In this document: positions 26,551-40,400 of the stretch, in pieces
Numbering within the stretch: position 1 is the first letter of the stretch
How the letters are laid out: each line of letters begins with the position of its first letter
Assembly: GCF_964355755.1 (NCBI RefSeq)
Contig: NC_092673.1
Span: forward strand, 15,844,948 to 15,908,947
Reading direction: 5' to 3'
Length of the DNA stretch: 64,000 bases
Source: Antedon mediterranea
Taxonomy: Eukaryota > Animalia > Echinodermata
The notes under the pieces: generated by a model
The model's input: only the letters and a program-made list of their open reading frames with translations
Databases searched by the model: none
Told to the model about the DNA's origin: nothing
Translations under genes and position numbers: made by a program

Positions 26551-28376
26551 AAGGATGTGTATTGTGTGTATATGAGTGTAATAGTAAAAGAACATTTCAC
26601 AAATTAAACAGACGAAAGTAATTAAGTTTTGTATTTTAATTTACGAAGCCTTTCATACTGTAACAGTACATTTATACAATGGTTTTAGATTCTGCTGAGT
26701 TATAAGATATTAATATTAGTGATAAAAATAGTCAGCATACTTCTAATTAATCAAACATGACTTAATTAACTCTAGGCTAAGATGTCCAACCCGCTGCCGA
26801 CGACGACGCCATATGATGGCACGTAATAGCCTTGAACTTTGTTCAAGTACATAGATTGGCATGAATTCAACGTATCACAGATTTCATAGACTGCTAAATG
26901 AATGCTTTCTAACAATATTGAGCTAACGCTACATTCCTACGGGTAAATGTTTCATTATATTTGAATACTGTTTGTGTCGTACCCAATAATCAATCACAAC
27001 GCAGATTTGTGTTTAAATTAGGTAAGGGGGAGGAGGGAGGGGAGTGGAAGGGTGTACACTTCTGGAAAATTCATTAGGTAATTCTTTTACAGTTTGTTTA
27101 AAAATTGTCAGTTAGAACTGTGCGCCAAAAAATCAAACTCTTAAAGGGGCGTGTCAAATTAGGATTTAAATGAAAGTCTTTTTATGCGATTGCATAGAAA
27201 ATGATTAATTACCACTTAGCTATCATACAACATCAAACTAATTACTTAGTTTGCTTTTTGTTGCCCATAAACAACTTATCTTAAAAGCAGATTTAAAATT
27301 ATGGTTAAGCCATTAAATTTGGCATTATTAAATAAATTGAAATAAAAAACTTTAGCATTTACTAACAGAGTAAACATTTGTAATGTATCACGTACTGAAC
27401 GCCAACTATAAATGTTGAAAACAACAAATTTAGATTGATTTTGAATAAATATATTTACTGGCAGGTTGACATTAAGCAGTGCACATTATTGGCTTTGTAA
27501 TGGACTTTAAAGTAGTATTAGCATATTCACATGTCATTTAAAAACATTTTGTTGTCATCAAACTAATTTATCAACATGAAATGTAAAATAACCTTTGGTC
27601 CTTATTTGCATAATGTATGTATAGATGCATACCAGAGTTCTTAACTTGTTACAATTAATTTCAGTATTCTTGATAAAAAATGTTTGTAGTAAATAAAAAA
27701 TGTCAGTAGATTTTTACACATCATGTCAGAAATTCATTCTGACCATGCGCATATGTTTCTGAGCGTAAGCAGAATTATTTTCCGTAGTTGGTTGGCGAGT
27801 CATCTTTATACTTGTACGTAACCATTTTGTTTTTTTCTAGGGTTTCATATAATTGAAGGCCAAATTCAAAATTAGATTATAACATGGAAAATAAAAAAAG
27901 CTATATTCGAAGAAATAATTAGTTAACTTATAAGTTATATAAACAGTTTGAGACGTATTCTGAAGTGAAGCTTACAATCAAAACAAGTTATAACTGTACA
28001 AATATTTTGTCTATCAATACTTTAAGTTCATTATACTAACAATAATATTGTACTAACTTAAAGGACATAAAAAGGGGAATAGTCTTTAGGATTATGACTG
28101 AAAATTGTTGTGAAAGAAAATAACACAACAATATTTATTGGCAGGAAATCTTTCAAAACTGAACTGAACATTTTCTAAAGTTTTCTGGGGAATCAGACAA
28201 TTTTGGCTACCCTAAAGATTACCATTTTTTTCTGGTACTGTATGTGGCCGAGTAAAAAAAACAATTACAATTGGTCAAGTACTGTATTAGTGAAGTAAGC
28301 TATTAATGGTACAATTCAATTAATTAAAAAATGGACTCACTCAATTAATACAGTTCATGTTTCATATTAACAAAAT

Positions 28377-28479
28377 TTAATGAACAGTGAGCCGATTTTT
28401 TCTGGCCGATTCAAGAACTTGCGCTCGTTGCCAAAGATCTTTTGTTAGAGTTGTTTTCCCATATGACAATGATAACAAT
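28377..28479 (-). CDS. MCMBP: MCMBP coding exon 14 (last)
   Basis: [33 protein letters not shown] then TAA. Confidence 0.93.
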
Positions 28480-31400
28480 CTGAAAAAAAAATGAAAGAAA
28501 ACAGATTCAATTTTATGTGTACCTTTGGTTACTTTGGAACTAAGAAAAACAATTTTATCTAATAATATAAAAATAGTCTTGAAAAGGTTTTAAAATATTT
28601 TCTTGTATTTATAAAGTTGGAATTGAATCACGAATAAAAAGGTAAAAGTATATCACTAAAATAACTGTAATATTTGCTGCAGATACCTTAATTTGTTATT
28701 TTAAAAGCTATGATAATACTGCTATATTTATACTGGAGAATGCTTCTAAAAATTTGAAAATTTAAGACAATAATATTTTTGTTATTGATTATGGATATTA
28801 TAAACAAACAAAGAGAAGAATGCAAAGTTTAAAGATGTATTGTCCCTTTGACTAATTCCCAAAAAATAAAAAATAACAGATTTTAAAAAAAGATCATAAT
28901 AGTTATTAACTATCACCAAAAATTTGTCGAAAAAAAAATCATTTAACTGAAATACAGACATGTCTTTTGTTAAAAAAATAACTTTGACTTCCAGTCAAAG
29001 TTTTCGGTCAAAACATATCCCATAATGAAACGCGCTTGTTTGGCTACTCTGTATGTGCATAATCATAAAACTTCCTCACGATCCGTTTGAAAACACTTTC
29101 TCAACTGTGACGAGTTGTAAACAATCCTAATTAGCATATGCATAATGCGTACTCGTGGTTTGAAATCTTTGTTTATTTTCGCTCGCGACGATTTTCCAGA
29201 CGAAATGTAATAAAACTAATTTACCTGTTAATTATGTAAACTTGTTGCTTTTGGCTCGAATTTTTGACTTAAAGTGAATAACTTTAATATTACATTGATA
29301 TGGCCAAATTAGATTTAGAATATTTTGACCTTCATTTTTTGTGTTTCAAGGGACAATACATCTTTAAGAAAAAATTTTAAAAGGAATTTCTACTACAGGT
29401 GTTATTATTTAGAATCTCTCCTTAAGGAAACCTCTAATAAAGGGGCACCCCTATTATGGGGCCACTTTTTATGGTCCTACTAGGAAAACATTCTTAGAAA
29501 GTTACCTGGCGACAAGCAGCAAACAGTGAAAGTCATCCACAGTCATATTTTCTGGATTTTGCTTACGTAACTCTACAAATTCTTCCTCAATTTCCTATAA
29601 AAATAACATTTTGTACACAAATAAACAAGAATTATTTTATTCACGCTGAATAAATGCAAATTTAAAATTCAAAAGTGTTAGCTGTAAAACATAAATAAAG
29701 ACAAAATAAGACCAACAAAGAAACATTAAGTCAATCAAAATATCAAATAGGACTATTTGTAGGGTAAGGTCTATTTTTAGGTAACAATAGGGGTTTTACG
29801 CAACAGGACGGGAAGCGCTGGATGACGGTAATTAACACAAAGCCTTGTCTACTTTTAGACTGTGCATGCCCCAATCTCTCGCCCAAATTTGTTTAGGAGC
29901 AATAAACTGTATATGTGCTTTCGTCTCAAAACATCAAGATCACTCCTGAAAAAACATTATTTTTAAATACTGCAAATTCACTTCTGATTTGAATTGAAAC
30001 TTTGTAATGTTATATATGAATGAATATAAAAATGAATTGAACTGATTTGTGGAGGGTAAACAGTGCTTAGTGTGATGGTTATTCACCGACCGCTAGGCTG
30101 AAGGAATACAATTTCACACTCTGATGAAAATTGACGCTCTGTTCACTACATCCCGTCTTGATGCGCAAGTCCCTACTTTAAGAGGCAGTATGGTTGGATA
30201 CAGCATGTAGTAGTATATTTTTATTCTTTTTTTTCAGTTGTTTTACTAGTTTTCTAAAGCTCTATGGTAGTAATATACCCAAATATGGTAGTGATATGAC
30301 ATAATCATGTCCATATACTAATTTAGGTATTTGTATAGCGCCAGAATCAACTAAACCGAAGTAAAAATCGCTTATATTGGATGTTAAAAAGATGCATTTT
30401 AAGTTCTTTAAAAAAAATAACAATAGAAGTTGATTTAGTAAAATTACGAGGGAGAGAATTCCAAAGAGAAGCAGCAGAGAACATAAAAGACCTTTGTCCA
30501 TAAGATTTTATTTTTATTTTATTTTATTTTATTTTATTTTATTTTATTTTATTTTATACTCATCCAACAGCGAGTAACCCGCCAATTACAGGATGGATAA
30601 ACTATTTAATAATTTCACAAGACAAACATAAACACAAGATGCTCTACATAAACAAAGACTTATTATTAAGTCTTTGGGATTAATTCTACAAACAAGTAGT
30701 AGGTTTTGATCAGTCGAACGAAGACAAGCAAGAGGGGTGTAGGAGGGAAGAAGATCAAGGAGATAAGTAGGTTGTTTAAGAAGTATACAGGCACATCCCA
30801 TTTTTTGTCACATAAAGTTTGATAGTGTAGACAGAGCTTTATGAGTTAAGAATCTTTGTTTTGGAAAGGCTCTCTCTCTCTAATTGAAGTTTTGTTTCCA
30901 TGAGATAAAATCCCTTTTTTGTTATGGCACAGGGAGTAGAGAACAGGTATCAAATCGGTCCTGATTGTACACAGTACCTTTTGAATTGGTTCTGGTAGAT
31001 TGTAATCCAGTTCCCGCATCAATCCTAGGTAACTTCTGATCTTTGTAAGAACAGAATCATTTAGTTTGCTCATCACATTATCAAACCCAACTGACAATTG
31101 TTCATCTGTGTGGGAGTATTCTAACTTGATATGACAGTCACTCTGAAATACAATGCATACAGTATATATACTATTATATTCAAGGTATTCAATCATTTAA
31201 CAATTATCATCATACTAGGCAGCCAAAGGCTGAAGAAATGAGAATAATTTGTGACATAAAAAACATCAAATTATTAGCTACAATAAGCAATTGACTATCA
31301 AAATAAAAAACAAGAAAAAAATGAGTAAAATGTTAACAAAATTAATTAATAAAGTAGCATTCAACAACTTAACCATATTATGTAGAGTATAGATTCTTAT

Positions 31401-34400
31401 TCTCATTTTCTTTATAAATTTTGTAAAAACAAAAGACAATTTTTTATGGGTTTGTTACTAGAAAGTTCTACTTTTCCACAACAAGGTTGCTTTCAAATCA
31501 ATTGTTAATAAACAGTGTGTAAATCATTTTGTTCCAAGTGATGTCGTTTAAAGCGCAAATGTACATAAATTGTCATATCACACTGGTGACACACATTTTT
31601 ATGATTTCATATTGCGGATTAACTATTGAAAAATAATGCAAATACAATTATTTGTCTTGCACCATTCAGTTGGTTAGCCTACATCTGTCAACACAACATG
31701 ATATACTATGGTTCTACTCAATTACAACAGTTTTCAAGTAATCTCAATATGAAATAATTTCACTGTCAACCAGGCCTTTCGAGGGTTTTCAACTTCATTT
31801 GGGAAAACAGGCTCTCTAGTTGGGTACCTTCTCTATCTTCCATTATTTCTTTTAAATACACCTTTTTCGTAAGCCTCATTTTATACTAAAATAAAGATTG
31901 TTAATTTTAGCCATGGCAATTAAGTGCGATTCTCAAGTGGTGCTTTACAGTGTCTGCACGTGTATGCATTTAGTATAAAAAATAAACTTAATAGCTTACA
32001 TACCTACAATGTATCTCTTAATACGAGTGTATGTAGAAGGTGGATCTTTTTAAGAGAGTACAATTAGAAAAGTCATCGGTTTGAAACGTGCACTGCTTAT
32101 TTCCGACAGTTTTATGTATCGATAGGTTGTAATTAAATAGCAATATCACTTTGCAAAGTTAAATTAAATTTCACATAAATATAGATATATCAGACATAAA
32201 TGACAGGCTCACGAAAATCTTAATAGTAAAACGTCAGAAGGCAGAAGACTTGTTTTGTACCATAGTCTACAGCATAAAACTCGATAAAAAATGTTATTTT
32301 GTTAAAAATGGCACCCCAGGCACATTTAAATTGCTTGACAGAATGGCATACTGAACTAGGTCACGGATCACAAACATGATATATTGCAAATGTTACAAAA
32401 AAATACATTAATTTAAATTTGACCTATACACACGCAACTCGATAGCAGTATTTATATTCATTTCACCATAATAATCAAACTAATAATAATTAATCAAACA
32501 ATATTGAGAGGATGACAATAAGCTTGCATTCTGATCTGGTGGTAGAACGATTCTTCTCAAATAAGTAGGTCCAGTGTACACACAATGTTTGTGTTACTGT
32601 AAAGTGTGATATACAAGGGAATTATTAAGTACAGTATATTACATTATTTCTCATTATTATTATTAAATGTAAGGAAGTATACATCAATAGCTTTGTATGG
32701 TTGTATGTATTTTTGTTTATTTGTTTTGCATTATAATGTAAACACATTCCAACTTAGCTATGTCATAAAAGCTTAAAGATGTATTGTCCCCCAAAAACAT
32801 AAAAAATGAAGATTAATTAAATCAGACTTTGAATATGTTATTTTTTAGTTTTAATAAAGTTAATCACTTCCACAGAAAAAGAAGCGAAAAAAATCATGTT
32901 TCACTTATTAAATGACAAAATAAATGGTTAAATTCAACCAAAAATCCATTGGCTGGCAGCCAATTTGACCATTTTTTGCTTTAAATTACACTTTTTTTAG
33001 GTAAATACATTTTTTTTCGATCCAATTTTTGGTCAAAGTGCTATTATGCTACATTAAAATGGAATATTCAACAAAAATTTTTTTTACAATTATTTTTTAA
33101 GGGGACAATACATCTTTAAAGTATTAAATCATATATAAAATTAGAAAAGTCATTGGTTTAAATAGCAATATCACTTTGCAAAATTAAATTATATGGGCCA
33201 AAATAGCACCCTCTGTCACTCTCTGTATTTTGTTTGTTGTTTATTTCAACAAAATGCAAAAAGATAACAACAATATGTGAAAGAGGTCACAATAACTAAC
33301 TGTGATAAAGAAGGCTTGTGACCACCTGAACAATTGTTGGCACAACAAGTTAATGACAATTAAATTATTGTTCATAAAAAAAAATTCTATTGTGTGTGTA
33401 TTTTGCAGTTGTCGTTTCCATTGAAAATTTTTTTAGAAAATTGTATTTTAATTCACTAAAAAACATTCTTTACAGCGTTTTTTTTGTGAACAAACTGCTA
33501 GCCCGAATCCTGTCATGTTTAATACCTATCTGTTAAAAAATATATCAGCTACCATAATTTTTAACAGCCTAAGGGGCTGATCGGCATCGTTCTCAAAATG
33601 AAAATGTCCTAAGCTAGGAGGTATATTTTCATTGATAACTTTTATAAACCCACATAAAAAAACAATTTGATAAACAACAGATCAATTTAAAGCTTCTTAA
33701 ATATAAATTACGAATACAGTATTTGCGACACTACGCCGATTTTGTGATGCCATGCCTCAATTATATTTTTTCAAAAACTCAAAACAATAAAACATACCGG
33801 TAACATTGACTTTGCCTCTGATAGAATGAGCAGAACAAGGTTTGTTGGAAAATCAGCTGTATGGAAGTTGAAGTCATACTGTAGCTTCTGCCAGGTGATA
33901 GCATTTCCTAAGGCCTTTAGGTTTTCAATGCCTACACATGAATATAAAACAAACAATTTTACTAAGTATTATTTGATTTCAGAAAAATGAAATTATTTTT
34001 TGAAACACAAACATTATTTTTCATGTTTGCTTTACAGGTGTTAAAAATATTCATTCAAATAGCAGGTAGATGTCCACCCATATTGACTCAATGACAAAAT
34101 TATGGGTTGGTTGATTATACCCAATACTCATGGATGTGCTTGGTAGGACAACCACCTTTAAAGTCTTCCGCCCACCCAAAAACTAATATTTCAAGTCAAT
34201 ATAGAATCTCTGGGATACACACATTTCACAAAGAAACGAGTTGGAGTTCATGTACCCAAATGTACACACGTGTATCCCTCCACATCGTCGAAACGTAACA
34301 TCTAATCTTAGTTGTTAAATATTTGAAATTTCCAAAAATGCATACTAAAATGTTTTCAATTAAGTAGCCAATCGCATGGGACCGAAACTAGTCAACCGGA

Positions 34401-37400
34401 TAATCAATGCACAATATATTTTTTGTGCGAAAACATGTGATATGAACTGTACTTTTAGACCGAAATTCTGAGCTGAAGTTTTATATGTATGAAATACCTT
34501 ATGTGCCAAAATATTTATCTTTTTACAAATGTAGGTCTAGAACCTAGACTATAAATGTATATGTAAAAATAAAAAGGTTAAAACTGAACATTGATTACAT
34601 CATCAAAACACAATTAGTTAACAAAAAATTAAATAAAAATATACAAAAAACTAAGAAATGTTTGAAAATAAGCATTTGGGCCATACCCTTTTGATCCAAC
34701 TGCCCTGGTTCAAGTACAGTCTCATCAATTATTACGTGGGTTTTTTCCGTTAGTTGTAGCATTCCGCTCTTTAATCGATGCTCTGAATAGTTTTTCTTAG
34801 GGGTGAACCGTAATGTATTCATGTTTTTTAACGTCATCGGAAGGAAGTGCGACTAAAAGAAAAAAATTAATGACATGAAGTGAAGATAATTAAATATTTT
34901 CTGTGACACCATCAAACAATTTCTTTGAAAAAAAATGTCATGAACCAGGCAATTGTAGGAATTGATAGTGTTTTCTACCTTAGAGTCTATTTCATTACCA
35001 TTGGACTATTTATTTAAATTGTAGAGTAGGTTAATAATTCAACTGAGACAAAGCAGCAGTCTCAAAATGTAAGAAATCAACAGATATAACAACAACAATT
35101 TATTTGGAAGCTACACTTTTGAAACAGTGGAAGACTTGAGTGAAAGTGTATTCAGAATAAATTAATAATATAATATAAATATCACAAATATAAAAATGGA
35201 AAAATAAATTTGAAAAGTAAACTTAAGAAATGATCTACTTCTATGTGAAAACTGCATTTTATAAAAATTATATATTTATTTAAAATGTAGAGTAGGTAAT
35301 AATTCAACTGAGACAATGAAATGGTCTCAAAATGTAAGAAATCAAAAGATATAATAACAACAACAATTTATTTGGAAGCTACACTTCTGAAACAGTGGAA
35401 GAATTGAATGAAAGGAAGTGTATTCAGAAAGAATAAATAATGTAGATAGATTATATCATAAATATAAAAATGGAAAAAAAAAATTCAAAAATAAACTTGC
35501 TGCTGCGTGGAAACTGCATTTTATATCAATTGAAACAATTTTGAATCAAATATTTTCTTATTGGAATGATATTTAACCTCTCCAATTTGTGACCTATATC
35601 ATTTGAAAATTCCATTTAGATAATATAAGTTTGGCTTTATAGTATTGCACTTACAGATTTGGTCAACCTCATGTTTGAACTATTAAAGCCATATACACTT
35701 GGTTCTTATTTGAAATAAAAGCCATACAGTACTCTTAAAGCTTTGTATCAGTAGCAAATACAAAACACTGACAAAAAATCAATACTATATTCTTTAACAG
35801 TTGAAATATTTCAGTAGAAAAGTAAATATTTGAAAGCTATCAAAATCTAAAATTAATCAAACTTAGGAGTCATGTTTCAATATTAGACTCATCAATTTGG
35901 TTTTACAATTTCTATTTGATATGTACATAAAAAATAAATGTTTAAATTTATCTTAATAGTGGTGACAAATGTATAAATCGCAACTAAATACCAGATTTAC
36001 TATTTGAAAGCTAATATTTACAATTTGGAATTGAAACTTTTCAAGACGTCAACAACTACAGTAAGATCAGTTATAAAAACATCTTATATATCTTTTTCAA
36101 TCATTTTTTTTACAAAGGAGTGTGTTTCAACATGGTGCAACTCATGTCATAAATTACTTCTCAAAATTAATCAAATAAAACGCAAATATGAGTTGAAGCG
36201 CTATTGAAATGATCAGATTCTCTGAATCAAATATATTAAAAGAAACATAAAATAGACCACAACAGTATTTGTTTATAGGGAGTTTTACTGTAGCCACAAA
36301 CAGAAGAGCCAATAAGAAAGGTGTCCCTTTAATAGAGGTTCTACTGTAGCCATAAACAAAAGAGCCGATAAGAAAGGTGTCCCTTAATAGAGGTTCTACT
36401 GTAGCCATAAACAAAAGAGCCAATAAGAAAGGTGTCCCTTAATAGAGGTTCTACTGTAGCCATAAACAGAAGAGCCAATAAGAAAGGTGTCCCTTAATAG
36501 AGGTTCTACTGTAGCCATAAACAGAAGAGCCGATAAGAAAGGTGTCCCTTAATAGAGGTTCTACTGTAGCCATAAACAAAAGAGCCAATAAGAAAGGTGT
36601 CCCTTAATAGAGGTTCTACTGTAGCCATAAACAGAAGAGCCAATAAGAAAGGTGTCCCTTAATAGAGGTTCTACTGTAGACATAAACAAAAGAGCCAATA
36701 AGAAAGGTGTCCCTTAATAGAGGCTCTACTGTAGCCACAAACAGAAGAGCCAATAAGAAAGGTGTCCCTTAATAGAGGTTCTACTGTAGCCACAAACAGA
36801 AGAGCCAATAAGAAAGGTGTCCCCTTAATAGAGGTTCTACTGTAGCCACAAACAGAAGAGCCAATAACAAAGGTGTCCCTTTAAGAGAGGTTCTACTGTA
36901 GCCACAAACAGAAGAGCCAATAAGAAAGGTGTCCCTTTAATAGAGGTTCTACTGTAGCCACAAACAGAAGAGCCAATAAGAAAGGTGTCCCTTAATAGAG
37001 GTTCTACTGTAGCCATAAACAGAAGAGCCAATAACAAAGGTGTCCCTTAATAGAGGTTCTACTGTAGCCATAAACAAAAGAGCCAATAAGAAAGGTGTCC
37101 CTTAATAGAGGTTCTACTGTAGCCATAAACAGAAGAGCAAATAAGAAAGGTGTCCCTTAATAGAGGTTCTACTGTAGCCATAAACAAAAGAGCCAATAAG
37201 AAAGGTGTCCCTTAATAGAGGTTCTACTGTAGCCATAAACAGAAGAGCCAATAAGAAAGGTGTCCCTTAATAGAGGTTCTACTGTAGCCATAAACAAAAG
37301 AGCCAATAAGAAAGGTGTCCCTTTAATAGAGGTTCTACTGTAGCCATTAACAGAAGAGCCAATAAGAAAGGTGTCCCTTTAATAGAGGTTCTACTGTAGC

Positions 37401-40400
37401 CATAAACAAAAGAGCCAATAAGAAAGGTGTCCCCTTAATAGAGGTTCTACTGTAGCCATAAACAGAAGAGCCAATAAGAAAGGTGTCCCTTTAATAGAGG
37501 TTCTACTGTAGCCACAAACAGAAGAGCCAATAAGAAAGGTGTCCCCTTAATAGAGGTTCTACTGTAGCCACAAACAGAAGAGCCAATAACAAAGGTGTCC
37601 CTTTAAGAGAGGTTCTACTGTAGCCACAAACAGAAGAGCCAATAAGAAAGGTGTCCCTTAATAGAGGTTCTACTGTAGCCATTAACAGAAGAGCCAATAA
37701 GAAAGGTGTCCCTTTAATAGAGGTTCTACTATAGCCATAAACAGAAGAGCCAATAAGAAAGGTGTCCCTTTAATAGAGGTTCTACTGTAGCCACAAACAG
37801 AAGAGCCAATAAGAAAGGTGTCCCTTAATAGAGGTTCTACTGTAGCCACAAACAAAAGAGCCAATAACAAAGGTGTCCCTTTAATAGAGGTTCTACTGTA
37901 GCCACAAACAGAAGAGCCAATAAGAAAGGTGTCCCTTTAATAGAGGTTCTACTGTAGCCACAAACAGAAGAGCCGATAAGAAAGGTGTCCCTTAATAGAG
38001 GTTCTACTGTAGCCATAAACAGAAGAGCCAATAAGAAAGGTGTCCCTTAATAGAGGTTCTACTGTAGCCATAAACAGAAGAGCCAATAAGAAAGGTGTCC
38101 CTTAATAGAGGTTCTACTGTAGCCATAAACAGAAGAGCCAATAAGAAAGGTGTCCCTTAATAGAGGTTCTACTGTAGACATAAACAAAAGAGCCAATAAG
38201 AAAGGTGTCCCTTAATAGAGGTTCTACTGTAGCCACAAACAGAAGAGCCAATAAGAAAGGTGTCCCTTAATAGAGGTTCTACTGTAGCCATAAACAGAAG
38301 AGCCAATAACAAAGGTGTCCCTTAATAGAGGTTCTACTGTAGCCATAAACAAAAGAGCCAATAAGAAAGGTGTCCCTTAATAGAGGTTCTACTGTAGCCA
38401 TAAACAGAAGAGCCAATAAGAAAGGTGTCCCTTAATAGAGGTTCTACTGTAGCCATAAACAAAAGAGCCAATAAGAAAGGTGTCCCTTAATAGAGGTTCT
38501 ACTGTAGCCATAAACAGAAGAGCCAATAAGAAAGGTGTCCCTTAATAGAGGTTCTACTGTAGCCACAAACAGAAGAGCCAATAACAAAGGTGTCCCTTAA
38601 TAGAGGTTCTACTGTAGCCACAAACAGAAGAGCCAATAAGAAAGGTGTCCCTTTAATAGAGGTTCTACTGTAGCCACAAACAGAAGAGCCAATAACAAAG
38701 GTGTCCCTTAATAGAGGTTCTACTGTAGCCACAAACAGAAGAGCCAATAAGAAAGGTGTCCCTTTAATAGAGGTTCTACTGTAGCCACAAACAGAAGAGC
38801 CGATAAGAAAGGTGTCCCTTAATAGAGGTTCTACTGTAGCCACAAACAGAAGAGCCAATAAGAAAGGTGTCCCTTTAATAGAGGTTCTACTGTAGCCATA
38901 AACAAAAGAGCCAATAAGAAAGGTGTCCCTTTAATAGAGGTTCTACTGTAGCCACAAACAGAAGAGCCAATAAGAAAGGTGTCCCTTTAATAGAGGTTCT
39001 ACTGTAGCCCTACAAAAAAGCCAATAAGAAAAAAATTGTGAACTGTCAATATTCATTTGAAGGACAAAAATAAGACAAAATAATAAAGTAATGAATAATG
39101 ACAACATCTGGAACATTTTTTACATTGTTGTAATTTTTTCATAATGCAATTCAAGTTAAAAAATGCTATTATGAGATTCTGACAAGCAAAAAACATTACA
39201 TTAACATGAAAAGGAATTTTAATTGAATGGAGTAATATATGGATTTTGTACGTGAAATTTGTTTGCTTTTAAAATCCTGTAAGTCGCATCCAAAAGGTTA
39301 TGTAAAGTAATTATATCATTTGATTTGTTATTAATAAATGTCAAGTTATAAAATTACAATCCGTATCATATCACATAAAATAATCAGAAAAAGCTGATAG
39401 CCAATTTTCTTTTGGTCAATTTTTTTTCTTGAAGAGAAAAACATTTTAGTTACAGGAAAAAGAAAATTGAGTGAATTTAAATGTAATACAAGAGCCAAAA
39501 TGAGAAATGTTATTTCCTGTGTAGTATTGACATTGTATTTGGTAATCTAGTACCCCTAATAAGTAGATTTTAGGCAGATTTTAGATAGGTCCTAATAGGT
39601 TTTACCTCATTAGCATAATTCAAAATCCCCACTAATAGTTTTAGATAGATTTTTCACTATTTTTAATCTGTGAGTAACACACTAGTTGTATACATCTCTC
39701 TATTGTCTACTTACAATAGCTATACCAAGGGCTACCAGCAACCTATTATTAGACATAAACAAACTGATAATAGCCAGTAACTGTTAATAAACTATCTATT
39801 TTATACAATAGATAAATTTGGACTACCAGATAGCTATTAGAAATCTATGAGTATCATATCTATCAACTGTCTACTTATAATAGCTATACTAGGGCTACTA
39901 ATAACCTATCAATAGACTGTTAACAAATAATTAATAGCCAGTAACTCTAATCAACTATCTATTTTATATAGCTGGGAAGTAGTCATTCCATCGTTGACTC
40001 ATTGAGTTAAAATCCTTAGTAGGCGAGATAAAAGGTCTACTTAAAAACTATTAGGGCTACTAAAAATAGAGCTATTTCTACTTACGACTACTTAAATCTA
40101 CTAATTTTTTTTGATATGGGTTATATAAATTGAAACTTTTACCGTTCAAGAGACAAACAAAATATTTTATATTTTTTAGAATTCATTTTATACCCGGAAC
40201 CCCCCTTTAAGTTATTGTATACTTCTTTTATTTCTTAAACTGTTTCTAAATAAATATTGAATGAATTAGAATTAGTCAATAGGCGATGTGAAATGTGAAT
40301 TTTGTTTTCGTTCCTAAATAAGGGTGACTAAGCAATCCTCAAGATTAAGTGTGGTCCCCAATAGCGACGCAACGCAGCGATGTATTGAAGCAAGGTGTGA

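Noticed and set aside
36275-39030. CRISPR-like regular array and ORFs of the [15 protein letters not shown] type
   Set aside because: No unique spacers, no cas genes, eukaryotic intron; the ORFs are translations of the repeat
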